A program made the position numbers and the translations under genes. DNA of 64,000 nt, taken from contig JAKIWQ010000001.1 in the NCBI GenBank assembly GCA_022749935.1, positions 3,664 to 67,663 of the forward strand. Reading direction: 5' to 3'. The stretch is from Thermoplasmata archaeon (GTDB lineage Archaea > Thermoplasmatota > Thermoplasmata > Lutacidiplasmatales > UBA184). The notes under the pieces were generated by a model. That model did no database searches. It had not been told where the DNA came from and saw only the letters and a list, made by a program, of their open reading frames with translations. Below are positions 49,742 through 61,073 of this stretch, in pieces (positions within the stretch are counted from its first letter, which is position 1; each line of letters opens with the position of its first letter).

Positions 49742-49983
49742 ATCGTGGAACCCGGGTAGGTCGTCCGTGGCGGTGGCGTACGCCCGGGCCACCCACTCGG
49801 TCGCGGCGGAGAACGCTCGACAGGGTTCGGTGCGCTCGGCGGAGACTCACGCCCGTCCCGGGAAGGGAGCCATCGCGGCCCGTCCGACTTTATATCTGAA
49901 CAAGCGGTCCACCGATGTCGCCGTCCGACCCGCACTGAACGACGGGGCCCGGAAACGGCGGGAGGAGTTCCGCGTCCGAACGA

Positions 49984-50739
49984 GTGCCCCGACGGGCGGA
50001 GCGTCCGGTCGCTCCTCCGGCGGCGGAACGGTCCACGCGCGCCCGTCTCGAACGGTTGCGAACCTCCTCCGACGAACCCCGTGAGGACCGTCTCTTCCTC
50101 GCGACGCTTCGAATCCGTATCCCGAGAGACATCTGGACGGGCCCCTTTTCCTCGGCCCACCCTCACATCCGGCTTGAAGCGTTGAACCGGACCGACGTCA
50201 CTCCGGGGCTCTCCGTCTCGGACTACTGGATCAGCGGTTCGCCTCCGGGAGTCTGGGCCCACGAGATCGGGGAGTTCCCGGATGTCGTGAAGGCGGAGAG
50301 CCTCGCCGAGGTCGGTGACGGATGTCTCTATCGTATCACGTACAAGAATCCCCCCATCATCTACCTCTACCGCAAGCTGCGACTTCCCCTCCAGTTCCCG
50401 CTCCGGCTCCAGGCGGGGTACATCGCCTGGGAGATCGTGGCCCGATACAGTGAGTTCCAGGAGATCATGGAGCACGCCAAGATGGCCGACCCGGCCGTGT
50501 CCATCGTGTCGATCCGTCGCCGCCCGCTTCGGAGCCACCTTCCGCTCCTCACGGATGCCCAGCACCATCTGTTGGACCAGGCGATGGCCGCCGGCTATTT
50601 TGCGGTCCCCCGGGGGATCACCCTGACCGCGCTGGCCCGGAAGCTGGGACGGAGCAAATCGGGTCTTTCCGAGACCATCGCCCTCATCGAGAAGAAGCTG
50701 TTCGAGACGGCCCTTCGCCCGGACATGGCCCTCGCCTAG
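49984..50739 (+). CDS. Bacterio-opsin-activator-type (HTH_10) transcriptional regulator
   Basis: LTDAQ...AMAAGYFAVPRGITLTALARKLGRSKS...IEKKL. Confidence 0.88.
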   Translation: MPRRAERPVAPPAAERSTRARLERLRTSSDEPREDRLFLATLRIRIPRDIWTGPFSSAHPHIRLEALNRTDVTPGLSVSDYWISGSPPGVWAHEIGEFPDVVKAESLAEVGDGCLYRITYKNPPIIYLYRKLRLPLQFPLRLQAGYIAWEIVARYSEFQEIMEHAKMADPAVSIVSIRRRPLRSHLPLLTDAQHHLLDQAMAAGYFAVPRGITLTALARKLGRSKSGLSETIALIEKKLFETALRPDMALA

Positions 50740-50861
50740 CCGCCAACCCCCCCGGAAACCCCGGGCGCCCGACCGAACCCGTTCGGTGGGCCGAACGAGT
50801 TCGGCCTCGCCTCATCCCCTGAACGGCGGTAGAAGGTTTCGGAGCAGACCCGGCATCGCAG

Positions 50862-51593
50862 ATGGGCGCCGTGAACACGTGCGGGGGGGTTCCGCCCCCG
50901 GTCGGCTCGATCTTGATCTCGGGGGTCGGCGAACGGTCGATCTCGATCCTCGTGGCCGCTCTCGCCCGGAGGGACCCGTACCCGTTCGGGTGGGCCGATT
51001 GTTCGCGGGCCGGCCAGGTGTGGGACGCCGTAGCGCAGCGGCTTCTCGCGGAGGGATCGGACCGGAGCCGAGAAGTCCCCATGGACCTGGACGAACTCCG
51101 TCCACCGCCGTCCCCCGAGGAGGCGCTCTCGCGACTCGTCGCGCCCGACCCCGCGCCCACCCCCCTAGAGTCCCGGCTCGCGGCCTTCCTTCGTCTCCCC
51201 GTGCTCTTCCAACGGCTGGCGTCGCGCACCGCAACCCCGAGCGGGAGGTCGGCGATCGTCCTCACGAACGTGGACTCGCTTCCTGCGAACCTCATGGAAG
51301 CCGCCCTGGGGCCGCTCGAAATCCACGAGACGCTCCACGCGGAGGGAGTGACCCTCCTCGTCACATTCCGCGGAACGCCCCCCAGTCGGCTCGAGGGAGT
51401 GTTCGACCAAGGGTACCGCGTCGAAGCTCCCGTCGGCTCCGACTGGCAGGAGGCCCGTGTGGCCCGCGCCCGCGGGAATCCCGCCGACGGGTTACCCCCG
51501 AGCGGCCTGTTACGGGAGTGGCTCCCGTCGCTGGGGCTCACCGAACTGCACCTCGACCGATTGGGCGACTCGCCGGGTCCCCGTCCCCGTTAG
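50862..51593 (+). CDS. Hypothetical protein, possibly a degenerate RecA/KaiC-like fold
   Basis: ILISG, IVLTNVDSL, GVTLLVT pattern; no GKT/S. Confidence 0.5.
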   Translation: MGAVNTCGGVPPPVGSILISGVGERSISILVAALARRDPYPFGWADCSRAGQVWDAVAQRLLAEGSDRSREVPMDLDELRPPPSPEEALSRLVAPDPAPTPLESRLAAFLRLPVLFQRLASRTATPSGRSAIVLTNVDSLPANLMEAALGPLEIHETLHAEGVTLLVTFRGTPPSRLEGVFDQGYRVEAPVGSDWQEARVARARGNPADGLPPSGLLREWLPSLGLTELHLDRLGDSPGPRPR

Positions 51594-51686
51594 GCTTCTC
51601 CCCGACCGGAGCCGGCTCCGCCCAGAGGAGACGTCGGCCCATCGCTCGCGCATCAAGTTGAATACCCCCCTTCAGTTCGGCCCGGC

Positions 51687-54197
51687 GTGAAGGTCCGGGA
51701 GTACGCCCTGGACCTCGAGGTCGAATCCGCCACAGGGGTGTTCCGGGGCGACCTGACCCTGAGTGGCTCCGACCTCCGGGGATTGGTCGAGCTCGACTCC
51801 GAGGACCTGGACGTCAGCTCGGCCAGTGTCGACGGAACCCCCGTCCCCTTCTCGGTTGATCCGACCCGCCAAAAGCTCATCGTGGACGCGGGGGACCGGG
51901 ACGGCTCTCAACTCCGAGTGTTCTACACCGGGGCGGCCTCGCGCAAGAGCCTGTCCGGATTGTACTTCTCCTCCTCGGGCGAATTCCCCGTGCTGACCAC
52001 TATGATGGAGCCGATCTCATGCCGTCGCCTGTTGCCGTGTCTCGACGTACCGGATGCGAAGGCCGTTTTTCGGCTGAGCGTCACGACCGAAGTCGGGCTG
52101 ACGGTGATCTCGAACGCCGACCTGGTCGGTGCCGAGCCCTCCGGGGGCCGACAGAAGTGGACGTTCGCTCGGACACCGCCGATGGCGACCTACCTGCTCT
52201 ACCTGGGCATCGGGCCGTTCGAAACGATGGAGTGCGTCCACGACGGGGTTCGGATCATCGCCGCCACCCTACCGGGCAAGGTAGCGCGTACGCGGGGCCT
52301 GCTGGAATCCGCGGGCCCGCTGCTTCAGGCCTACGGAGAGTACTACGGCCAGCGGTACCCCCTCTCGAAGTTGCACCTGGTCGGGGTCCCGGACCTGTGG
52401 GCCGGCGCGATGGAGAACTGGGGCGCGATCGCGTTTCCCGAGCTCGGGCTCCTCGTGGACGCGGCGACCAGTCCCGCGATCCGACGCTGGGCGATGGAGA
52501 CGCTCGCGCACGAGATTGCGCACCAGTGGTTTGGAAACCTCGTGACCATGCGGTCGTTCAACGACCTCTGGTTGAACGAGAGTTTCGCGACGTTCGTGGC
52601 CGCGAAGATGGAGGCGCGACTCGGCATGCGGACGGATGCGTGGAGCGAGTTTCTCGTACGGATCAGCCCGGCCTACTTTGGAGATTCGCTCGCGAGCACG
52701 CATCCCATCCAGATGGACATTACCGACCCCAAGACCATCGCCGAAAGCACCGATGAGATCACCTACTTCAAGGGTGCCAGCGTCGTCCGGATGATCGAGG
52801 CCTACCTCGGCGAGGACGTCTTCCGCCGAGGTGTAGCCGCCTACCTCGAGCGATACCAGTACGGGAATGCCCGGGGCGACGACCTGTGGGCGATCCTGGA
52901 ATCGGTCTCGGGCGAACCCGTGACGGAGGTACTCCGTGCCTGGGTGGAGCGACCCGGGTTCCCGGTCGTACGGGCGAGTCTTCGAGGGGCTGCGCTGCAG
53001 CTGGAGCAATCGCGGTTCCGGTTCGGACCCGCCCGGCCCGAGGAGCCCCCCTGGCCCATTCCCCTGACGCTGACGGTAGGAGGTGTGACGCAGCGGCTGG
53101 TGCTCGGCTCCCACAAGACGGAGCTCCCGTACGATGGGTCGGCTAAGCTGCGCATCAACCCCGGGCGCTCCGCGTTTGTCCGGGTCTGGTTCGCCTCCGA
53201 GCTCCGGGCGGGAATCCTGCGGGACCTTCCGACGATGGACGGGGCGGAGCGATGGGCCATCCTCAATGACGGGTGGGCGTTTCTCCTGTCCGGCGACTCG
53301 AGTCTCCCGGAAGTCCTCGAGCTGGTGCATGCCGCTCGGGCGTGTTCGGACTATCCGAGCGTGTGGGAGCTGGCGCACTCCCTCGCCGCACTCGAGATGA
53401 TCGCCGGGGAGGACGCCGCCTTCCGGGAGGCCGCCCTGACCTTTTACCGAACCCAGTTGGACCGCCTCACCCTCGACGAGCGTCCCGGCGAACCCGACAC
53501 GGACCCGGTGCTCCGGGAACAATTGGCCCTGAACTTGGCCCGGCTCGATGAGGGATTTGCCGAGGAGCTCGCCCATCGGTTCGACACGATCGATCGACTC
53601 GCAGCAGCCCTCCGGCCCGCGGTCGTGTACGCGTTCGCTCGGACGCGAGGGGAGGGGGCCTACGCCCCTCTCCTCGCACGGGCGCGCTCGACCGCCGATG
53701 AGGACGGGGCGTTGCAGAGCGGCGAAGCCCTCGGCGGCATGCCCACGGAGGAGCTGCTCGTGCGCGCGCTCGAGGCCTCCCTCGAACCGGGCATGCGGGC
53801 CACCGTGACCTACGAGATTATCACCGGTGTCGCACGAAATCGACGAGGCGGAAGCCTCGCCTGGGCCTGGTTGAAGAAAAACCTCCGGGAGATGGAGGAC
53901 CGTGCGAGGGGGAGTTGGGCGCTCGCCCGCTTGCTCGAGCGAACGATTCCCCTCGTCGGGCTCGGACGGAGGGAGGAGGTGGAGCGCTACTTTGCCTCCG
54001 AAAGCTTCCCCGAGGCGGCGAACGGGATTCGAAAGTCGCTCGAAGTGCTCTCCCTCGAAACGCGTCTTGCTTCCCGGATCCTGACGGCGGGTCGGGCCCC
54101 CGCCATCGGAGCGGCCACGGAGCCCGGGGCCCCCCGCCCCGTCCTCGCGGCCGGTGTACGGGCCGGTGGACGCTTGGATCGGCGACCTAGCGGTTGA
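51687..54197 (+). CDS. M1 aminopeptidase (tricorn-interacting factor-like)
   Basis: GAMENWG, HEIAHQWFGN...LWLNE, YFKGAS. Confidence 0.95.
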   Translation: MKVREYALDLEVESATGVFRGDLTLSGSDLRGLVELDSEDLDVSSASVDGTPVPFSVDPTRQKLIVDAGDRDGSQLRVFYTGAASRKSLSGLYFSSSGEFPVLTTMMEPISCRRLLPCLDVPDAKAVFRLSVTTEVGLTVISNADLVGAEPSGGRQKWTFARTPPMATYLLYLGIGPFETMECVHDGVRIIAATLPGKVARTRGLLESAGPLLQAYGEYYGQRYPLSKLHLVGVPDLWAGAMENWGAIAFPELGLLVDAATSPAIRRWAMETLAHEIAHQWFGNLVTMRSFNDLWLNESFATFVAAKMEARLGMRTDAWSEFLVRISPAYFGDSLASTHPIQMDITDPKTIAESTDEITYFKGASVVRMIEAYLGEDVFRRGVAAYLERYQYGNARGDDLWAILESVSGEPVTEVLRAWVERPGFPVVRASLRGAALQLEQSRFRFGPARPEEPPWPIPLTLTVGGVTQRLVLGSHKTELPYDGSAKLRINPGRSAFVRVWFASELRAGILRDLPTMDGAERWAILNDGWAFLLSGDSSLPEVLELVHAARACSDYPSVWELAHSLAALEMIAGEDAAFREAALTFYRTQLDRLTLDERPGEPDTDPVLREQLALNLARLDEGFAEELAHRFDTIDRLAAALRPAVVYAFARTRGEGAYAPLLARARSTADEDGALQSGEALGGMPTEELLVRALEASLEPGMRATVTYEIITGVARNRRGGSLAWAWLKKNLREMEDRARGSWALARLLERTIPLVGLGRREEVERYFASESFPEAANGIRKSLEVLSLETRLASRILTAGRAPAIGAATEPGAPRPVLAAGVRAGGRLDRRPSG

Positions 54198-54376
54198 ACT
54201 CAGAGCCGAGCGAGTCGAGAGTGAGGCGCCCGCCGCGCCTCCGGCCCAGATGGTCGAGCCACGCACGGCCTCGGCGGGGTGTGGCCCGATCCGCCCCCTC
54301 GACGGGCTCAACGCCTATGTAGGCCAGTCTAGTGGACCGCCGAGTTCGTGCGGGCCGTCGCACGGGAGAGGTCAGG

Positions 54377-55054
54377 ATGGGAGAACCGGTCGTGGTCGGA
54401 GAAGAGGTCTGGAAGGTCTACGGCGCGGGGGACACGGAGGTGAACGCCCTCCAGGGACTCACGGTCGAGATCCAGCGCGGCGAGATGGTCGCCGTCATGG
54501 GACCGTCGGGATGCGGTAAGACGACCTTTCTCAATTGCTTCTCCGGGCTCGACGCGATCTCCCGGGGGCGAGTCCTCATCGGCGGGGTGGACGTGCACGC
54601 GATGCCGGACGCGAAGCGGAGTGAGTTTCGAGCGAAACGGACCGGCTTCGTGTTCCAGGCCTACAACCTCCTCCCCGTCCTCAGTGCGGTGGAGAACGTC
54701 GAGATGCCTCTGCTCATCTCCGGGTCGGGCGCGAAGGACGCCCGCCGGCAGGCGAGCGAGATCCTGAACCAGTTGGGGCTCGGGGACCGACTGGGGCACC
54801 GACCTTCCGAGCTCTCCGGCGGGCAGCAGCAGCGCGTCTCCCTTGCTCGTGCTTTGGTCTCCCATCCAGCGATCGTCTGGGCGGACGAACCCACCGGCAA
54901 TCTCGACGACGAGGGGTCCCGTCAGGTGACCACGCTGCTGCGCAAGCTGAACCGGGACTACGGTCAGACGATGGTGGTCGTCACGCACGACGCGGAAGTG
55001 GCGGCGGGCTGCGACCGGACGCTCAAGATGCGCGACGGGCGATTCATCAGCTAG
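54377..55054 (+). CDS. ABC ATP-binding protein (LolD/MacB type)
   Basis: [29 protein letters not shown]. Confidence 0.95.
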   Translation: MGEPVVVGEEVWKVYGAGDTEVNALQGLTVEIQRGEMVAVMGPSGCGKTTFLNCFSGLDAISRGRVLIGGVDVHAMPDAKRSEFRAKRTGFVFQAYNLLPVLSAVENVEMPLLISGSGAKDARRQASEILNQLGLGDRLGHRPSELSGGQQQRVSLARALVSHPAIVWADEPTGNLDDEGSRQVTTLLRKLNRDYGQTMVVVTHDAEVAAGCDRTLKMRDGRFIS

Positions 55055-55070
55055 GCGGGGGTCCTCCCGG

Positions 55071-58025
55071 ATGGTCGATTCCACCCTCGTGGTCGGCGCC
55101 CTCATCCTCGCCGTCGTGGGCGTCATCGCTCTCGTCTTCGCCCTCGGTCACCGCCTCGCCTTGCGCATCGCGCTGCGGAACGTCCGAAGGGGCCGCGCCC
55201 GGACGGTGCTCCTCATCCTCGGATTGCTCGTGGGCACGACCATCATTTCCGGGAGTTTGATCGTCGGCTCCACCGTCCAGGCGCTGAGCGTCCACTACAC
55301 CTACCTCGGTGGTGGGTATGTGGACGAGTCGATCTACGCCCTCTCCCCTACCGGCGGGTACGCTCCCTTCTCCGTGGCGGCTTCCCACGATGTTGCTCTC
55401 GCCGCCCAGGGTCATCCCGGTATCGCAGGGGTGACTCCCATGATCATCGCGACCACGCAAGCCTACGACCATACGACCGGGATTCCAGAGACCGCGCTGA
55501 ACCTCATCGCTTCGAACTCCTCGGAGAGCGGGAATCTCGGCTCGTTCATGTCGACCTCCGGAGGGATGCTCTCGGGGCCCAGCGCGGGTCAGGTGTTCCT
55601 GGACGATCAGACCGCCCAAGCCCTCGGGGCCTCGGTCGGAGATTCTCTCGAGCTCTACGGGCCGACCCCGATCGGTGTGACGGTCAGCGCCATCGTTCAG
55701 GAGAACCTCCGGGGGGGCTACCTCACGGCGGGTCTCGCTCCGGGGAACGTCTTCCTCGACCTCCCCACGGCCCAGACCCTGGAGAACCTTTCGGGGCACG
55801 TCAACTTCATCGCGATCACCAACGCCGGGTCCCAGCAGGACGGGATCGCCCTTTCGGACACCGTCAGCGGCTACCTCAACACGACCCTGGCGACGATCCC
55901 TTTGGCGGCGGGACTGACCGTGCACGAGCCGCTCAAGGACGGCATCGCCGCGGCCGATGTGTCGGGGTCCAGCATCCAGACGATCTTCCTCGTGCTCGGG
56001 TTGTTCTCGATCGTCGCGGGAGCGATGCTGATCGTCGGGATCTTCGTCATGCTCGCGGAAGAACGCAAGGGGGAGATGGGCATGCTCCGGGCCGTCGGGA
56101 TGCGGCGGCGGGAGTTGGTGTTCGTCTACTATTTCGAAGGCCTCGTCTACGCCGTCGGGAGCGCTCTCGCGGGAACGTTGCTCGGCGTCCTGGTCGGGTA
56201 CTTCCTCACCTACACGTTCAGTCTTCTCTTCTCCTCCGGCGGCCTCACGTCGGCGGCGATCCTCCAGTCGTTCAACGTCTCCACCGACGATCTCGTGATC
56301 AGTTACGTGACCGGCTTCCTGCTGACGGTCGTGACCGTGGCGATCGCCAGCTCTCGCGTCAGCCGGCTCAACATCGTCCAGGCCATCCGGGACCTCCCCT
56401 CGCCGCCCCCTCCGGTCCGGCTCTACACCACCCTGGGGTACGTGGGAGTGGCGCTGACGATCGTCGGCGCCCTCGTGCTCCTACCCAATGCCCAGGGAAC
56501 CTCGGACATCTCCCTGCCGATCCTCGGCGGGGGCATGATGATCCTCGGGTTGGGGCTCATCGCCTCCCGGTTCGTCCGCAACCGGATCGCGTTCAGCCTG
56601 GTCGGAGTGGCCCTCCTGGTCTGGGCCGGAGCCGAGCCGTTGCACCGTGTCGTCCTCGGTCAGGCGCACACGGGAGGGATCTTCATCGTGTTCGTGGAAG
56701 GGATTCTGATGGTCTCGGGGGCGCTCCTCCTCTACGTATTCAATTCGAACACGCTCATCGCCGCGCTCTTGCGCGTCGCCGGACGCGGAGCCCGGGGCGC
56801 CCCGATCGCCCGGGTCGGCCTCGCCTACCCCGGCCGTCGACCGGCCCGAACGGCGATCAACCTCACCATCTTTGCGCTCGTGACGTTCACCATGGTCGCG
56901 ATCGCCTGCTTCGGCGCCACGGTCCAGGCCAACCTGAACAACACGATCCAGAGCGAGACCGGAGGGTACACGTACTTTGGGGTCTCGACCCAGCCGATCC
57001 CTACCCTCCCGGAGCAGGTCGCCAACAACCCGACCTTGAACGGGGAATACGCGGTCACGGTGCCCCTGATTTCCGGGGCGATCCAAGTGAACATCACCGG
57101 GTCGACGCCGAACCCGTACACCGATTCGCTCTACTCGGCTCCGGGCAATCAGTCGAGCACGTCCAGTTTCTATGCGACGAGCCAGTTTCCGTTCACGGCG
57201 ACCTGGGAGGGATGGTCGCCCTCGGCCGTACTGGCGGAGCTCGCGTCCAACCGATCCGTGGCCCTCGTCGACCAGAACTACGCCCCCGCGACCTCCTCCG
57301 TCGGAGGAGGTCCGAGCGCGCCTCACCCCTCGATCGAGGTCGGCGGACTCATGGAACTCACCCCTCCGGGAAGTTCGAACCACCTCACCGTTCGGGTCAT
57401 CGGAATCCTCTCCCAGAGCGTGCTCACGGGAGTCTGGATCAATCCCGGCGCCGCGGAAACGCTCGGTTACTCGAACGAGACCGCCTTTCTGCTGACGCTC
57501 CGGTCGGGGGTATCGACGACCCTGGCCTCCCAGGACGCGAAACGAGAGTTCTTCCGCGACGGGCTCGTCCTCTTCGAAATCGCCCAGATCCTGGAGACGT
57601 CCATCGCCTCCACGGAGGGGATCATCGGCCTCCTCGAGATCTTCGTCGGACTCGGTCTGGGGGTCGGGATCGCCGCGATGGGGATCCTCGCGCTCCGGGC
57701 GGTGGTCGAGCGCCGTCGCGAGATCGGGATGCTGCGCGCGATGGGATTCACCCAGCGGGCGATCTTGAAGACCTTCTTCATCGAGTACTCGTTCATCACG
57801 CTCCTGGGGCTCGGGATCGGGACGTCGCTCGGCATCCTCATCGTCTACAACCTGTCCACGAGTCCGAGCGCGGCGGCCTCGGGCGTCTCGTTCTTCGCGA
57901 TTCCCGTCCTCAACATCGTGCTCATTCTGGTCGTGGCGTACGGGCTCGCCATGCTCGCGATCGCCGTCCCCTCGATCCGCGCGTCCCGGATCCCGCCGGC
58001 GGAAGCGGTCCGGGCCACCGAATAG
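55071..58025 (+). CDS. FtsX/MacB-like ABC permease (duplicated module)
   Basis: ERKGEMGMLRAVG and ERRREIGMLRAMG, PAEAVR; multiple TM helices and two extracellular domains. Confidence 0.92.
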   Translation: MVDSTLVVGALILAVVGVIALVFALGHRLALRIALRNVRRGRARTVLLILGLLVGTTIISGSLIVGSTVQALSVHYTYLGGGYVDESIYALSPTGGYAPFSVAASHDVALAAQGHPGIAGVTPMIIATTQAYDHTTGIPETALNLIASNSSESGNLGSFMSTSGGMLSGPSAGQVFLDDQTAQALGASVGDSLELYGPTPIGVTVSAIVQENLRGGYLTAGLAPGNVFLDLPTAQTLENLSGHVNFIAITNAGSQQDGIALSDTVSGYLNTTLATIPLAAGLTVHEPLKDGIAAADVSGSSIQTIFLVLGLFSIVAGAMLIVGIFVMLAEERKGEMGMLRAVGMRRRELVFVYYFEGLVYAVGSALAGTLLGVLVGYFLTYTFSLLFSSGGLTSAAILQSFNVSTDDLVISYVTGFLLTVVTVAIASSRVSRLNIVQAIRDLPSPPPPVRLYTTLGYVGVALTIVGALVLLPNAQGTSDISLPILGGGMMILGLGLIASRFVRNRIAFSLVGVALLVWAGAEPLHRVVLGQAHTGGIFIVFVEGILMVSGALLLYVFNSNTLIAALLRVAGRGARGAPIARVGLAYPGRRPARTAINLTIFALVTFTMVAIACFGATVQANLNNTIQSETGGYTYFGVSTQPIPTLPEQVANNPTLNGEYAVTVPLISGAIQVNITGSTPNPYTDSLYSAPGNQSSTSSFYATSQFPFTATWEGWSPSAVLAELASNRSVALVDQNYAPATSSVGGGPSAPHPSIEVGGLMELTPPGSSNHLTVRVIGILSQSVLTGVWINPGAAETLGYSNETAFLLTLRSGVSTTLASQDAKREFFRDGLVLFEIAQILETSIASTEGIIGLLEIFVGLGLGVGIAAMGILALRAVVERRREIGMLRAMGFTQRAILKTFFIEYSFITLLGLGIGTSLGILIVYNLSTSPSAAASGVSFFAIPVLNIVLILVVAYGLAMLAIAVPSIRASRIPPAEAVRATE

Positions 58026-58123
58026 CGCCGCCCCCGACCCCACGGCGGGTCCTCTGCCCTCGGGCCGGGCTCGAGGGCGAGGGCCGCCCGTCGGGTTCAA
58101 GTACCCAACCACTCTGCTCGGGC

Positions 58124-59134
58124 GTGGCCGGCCCCTCGAACCCTTCGTCGGCGGGCGGGGTTCTCCTTCGCGAACTCCGGCGATCCGACCGCGATTCGTT
58201 TCTCGAGGTGATGAGTGGGAACTACGGTCCGTTCGAAGCGATGCTCGGATTCCGTTCCGAAGGCGCTTCGGAGTTCCGCGGGCTCTTCGGTCCGGGGACC
58301 TGGTTCCTACTTCGGTTCCTGAACTTGCTCGGGCGGCCTCCCCTGAGATTCCTGGTGGCGGCCCAGGAAGGTAGGATCGTCGGCACGACGCTGATCGTGC
58401 CCTGGGAAAGATCGGGGTACGTCCTCGGGGTGGGGGTTCGTCCCTCCCATCGCCGACAGGGCCTGGCGGGTCGGCTGGTCGCCTGGGCGGAGGAGCTCGC
58501 CCTCCAGCGCGGGAAGGAGTGGGCGGTCCTGGATGTGGAGGAGGACAATCTCCCTGCGGTGACGTTGTACCTCGCCCGCCAGTACGGGACCATCCAGAAG
58601 ACCCTCTGGTTCCGTTGCGCCCCGCCGGCGGGGCAGGCCGGTGCGGATCCTCCCTCCGCCCAGGTGGAGGTCGTCGGGAAGGCCGGTAGGAAGGGGGCCG
58701 CGCTCTGGTGCGCGCGGCAGGTCCCCGCCACCGTCACCTCGGTGCTTCCGCCCTCCGCAGCGCGTCTTTCGCATCTCGAGTCGCTCGGTCAGTTCCCGGG
58801 AGTCACCCGAGAGACGTGGGCGGCCGGCCCGCACGACGCCCGAGTCGGTTACCTCGCAGCGTATTGGAGAGGGAAGGAACGACCCGGGGTTCTCTTCCTT
58901 CCCGCGCTGGGTGCGCAGGCTACCCGGGCGGATGTCCTGCGACTCGTTCAGGAGGGAGTCGCCTGGCTGCGCTCTCGCGGAAGTCCCGAGGTCCTCCTGG
59001 CCGTGCCGGACCCGGCGAGGAGCGCCTTACCCTTTCTCGCGGAACAGGGATTCTCCCCTCAGCTCACGACCCTGACCATGGCACGGCGCCTGCGCGGCGC
59101 CGGGTCGCCCGCGCCGGCACCAAAGCGTCCGTGA
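58124..59134 (+). CDS. GNAT acetyltransferase (tandem GNAT-like)
   Basis: VGVRPSHRRQGLA, LDVEEDNLPAVTLY. Confidence 0.82.
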   Translation: MAGPSNPSSAGGVLLRELRRSDRDSFLEVMSGNYGPFEAMLGFRSEGASEFRGLFGPGTWFLLRFLNLLGRPPLRFLVAAQEGRIVGTTLIVPWERSGYVLGVGVRPSHRRQGLAGRLVAWAEELALQRGKEWAVLDVEEDNLPAVTLYLARQYGTIQKTLWFRCAPPAGQAGADPPSAQVEVVGKAGRKGAALWCARQVPATVTSVLPPSAARLSHLESLGQFPGVTRETWAAGPHDARVGYLAAYWRGKERPGVLFLPALGAQATRADVLRLVQEGVAWLRSRGSPEVLLAVPDPARSALPFLAEQGFSPQLTTLTMARRLRGAGSPAPAPKRP

Positions 59135-59489
59135 GACGATGGGTGTCCCACACCCCCTGTCGTGTTTGGAGGACGAGGACCGAGCCTTGGGTTGACCGCC
59201 TCCCCGCCCGGGCCGGCGCGGCGCCCCTCCGCGAAGGCGGAATCGAGTGGGTGCTCGCGGACCCCCGAGTCCGTGCCCAAGGTCCCGGCTCCTCTCCTCC
59301 GGCGAACCACCTCCGCGACCGGGACAACACCCCGGCCGTGCCGTGGCTCGGGACCCGGTTGGGCCTCGGCGCGACGGACACCGAGCCCCTCCCTTTTTCC
59401 GCCCCAACGGCGGTTGTCGAACGGCCTCCTTGGGCCCCGTACGGCCCTTCATGTAGGTCCAACGGGGTCGGCCCGCGAGTGGGTTTCCC

Positions 59490-59894
59490 ATGGCAGATAT
59501 CACGGACGCACAGGCGTGGAGCGCGATCGAACACGCGACGAAGAAGGCGAAAGATCTCGGAACCAAGATGGACATCGCCGTCGTGGACGCCGGGGCGAAC
59601 CTGAAGGCGTTCCTTCGGATGGACGATGCGTGGTTGGGGAGCATCGACATCTCGATCAAGAAGGCCCGGACCGCGCGGTTCTTCAACATGAACACCGGCG
59701 AGATCGGGAAGCTCTCGCAACCGGGCGGCCCTCTCTACAACATCGAGCATTCGAACGGGGGCTTGATCTCGTTCCCGGGGGGGATCCCCCTCAAGAACGC
59801 GAAGGGCGAGGTCGTCGGGGCGATCGGAGTCAGCGGGAGTACGGTCGAGCACGACCACGAGGTCGCGGCCGCCGGCGCGAAGGCCGTCGCCTAA
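59490..59894 (+). CDS. GlcG/HbpS heme-binding protein
   Basis: AVVDAG, RMDDA, KARTA, GGIPL, GAIGVSG, DHEVA. Confidence 0.92.
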   Translation: MADITDAQAWSAIEHATKKAKDLGTKMDIAVVDAGANLKAFLRMDDAWLGSIDISIKKARTARFFNMNTGEIGKLSQPGGPLYNIEHSNGGLISFPGGIPLKNAKGEVVGAIGVSGSTVEHDHEVAAAGAKAVA

Positions 59895-59927
59895 CGACCC
59901 GGGCGATACGACCGCACGGAGGTCCCG

Positions 59928-61073
59928 ATGAAAGCGAATGTCTACCTCGGCCCGTACAAACTCGCCATCCAGGACAAGCCGAAGCCCAAGATCGAGAAGC
60001 CGACCGACGTCATACTCAAGATCACCGCGACGTGCATTTGTGGCTCGGACCTCCATCTCTATCACGGCCTCATCAGCCCGGACCTACCGGGGCAGACGCT
60101 TGGGCACGAGAACGTCGGGGTGGTGGACGAGGTCGGCTCCGCCGTCCAGCGGGTCAAGAAGGGGGACCGAGTGGTCGTCCCGTTCAACATCAGCTGCGGG
60201 GCGTGTCAATTCTGCAACAACGGCCTCTGGTCGATGTGCGACAACGCCAACCCGTTCAACCCCAAAGGTCCGGGCGCGGCGTTCGGCTACGCGAAGCTCC
60301 TCGGCGGGTACGACGGGGGCCAGGCCGAGTTCCTCCGGGTGCCCTGGGGGGACACGATGTGCCTCCAGATCCCGGACAACGTCCGGGACGACCAGGCGGT
60401 CCTGCTGGCGGACATCTTCCCGACGGGGTACTTCGGGTGTGACATAGCGGGAGTGAGACCGGGTCACATCGTCGTGGTCGGCGGATGCGGACCGGTCGGC
60501 CTCATGGCTCAGATGAGCGCACTTCTCCGTGGAGCCGCCCGGGTCTACGCCACCGATCGTATTCCCGAGCGTCTCGCCCTGGCCAAGAAGATCGGAGCGA
60601 TCCCGATCAACGTGGACAAGGAAGACCCGGTCACCCGGATCATGGACGAGACCGACGGATGGGGCGCCGACGCATGCGTCGAGGCGGTGGGGTACGAGGC
60701 CACGGGGAAGGGCGTGATGGCGCCGGGCCCGAAGGTGGAGGCCAAGCCCGTCGCGGTCCTCGAGACGCTCATGAAGGTCGCCAAGAAGGGTGCCATCATC
60801 GGCATGCCCGGCCTCTTCGCTCCCACGCCGGCCGACCCGGACGGTCGGGTCAGCTTCCCTCTCGGGGCGGCGTTCACGAAGGAGCTAGGGTTCCGAATGG
60901 GGCAGTGCAACGTGAAAAATTACAATCGGTACCTGATGCAGGTCATCGCCGACAAGCGAGTCGACCCATCCATCGTGATCACCCACCGGGAACCGTTGGA
61001 AAGGGCTCCGAAGCTCTACGAGCAGTTCGACCGGCGGGAGGGCGGGATCATCAAGGTGGTCCTCAAGCCCTGA
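59928..61073 (+). CDS. Zn-dependent dehydrogenase (formaldehyde dehydrogenase-like MDR)
   Basis: CICGSDLH, LGHE, CGACQFC...C, GGQAE, DIFPTG, GCGPVG. Confidence 0.92.
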   Translation: MKANVYLGPYKLAIQDKPKPKIEKPTDVILKITATCICGSDLHLYHGLISPDLPGQTLGHENVGVVDEVGSAVQRVKKGDRVVVPFNISCGACQFCNNGLWSMCDNANPFNPKGPGAAFGYAKLLGGYDGGQAEFLRVPWGDTMCLQIPDNVRDDQAVLLADIFPTGYFGCDIAGVRPGHIVVVGGCGPVGLMAQMSALLRGAARVYATDRIPERLALAKKIGAIPINVDKEDPVTRIMDETDGWGADACVEAVGYEATGKGVMAPGPKVEAKPVAVLETLMKVAKKGAIIGMPGLFAPTPADPDGRVSFPLGAAFTKELGFRMGQCNVKNYNRYLMQVIADKRVDPSIVITHREPLERAPKLYEQFDRREGGIIKVVLKP

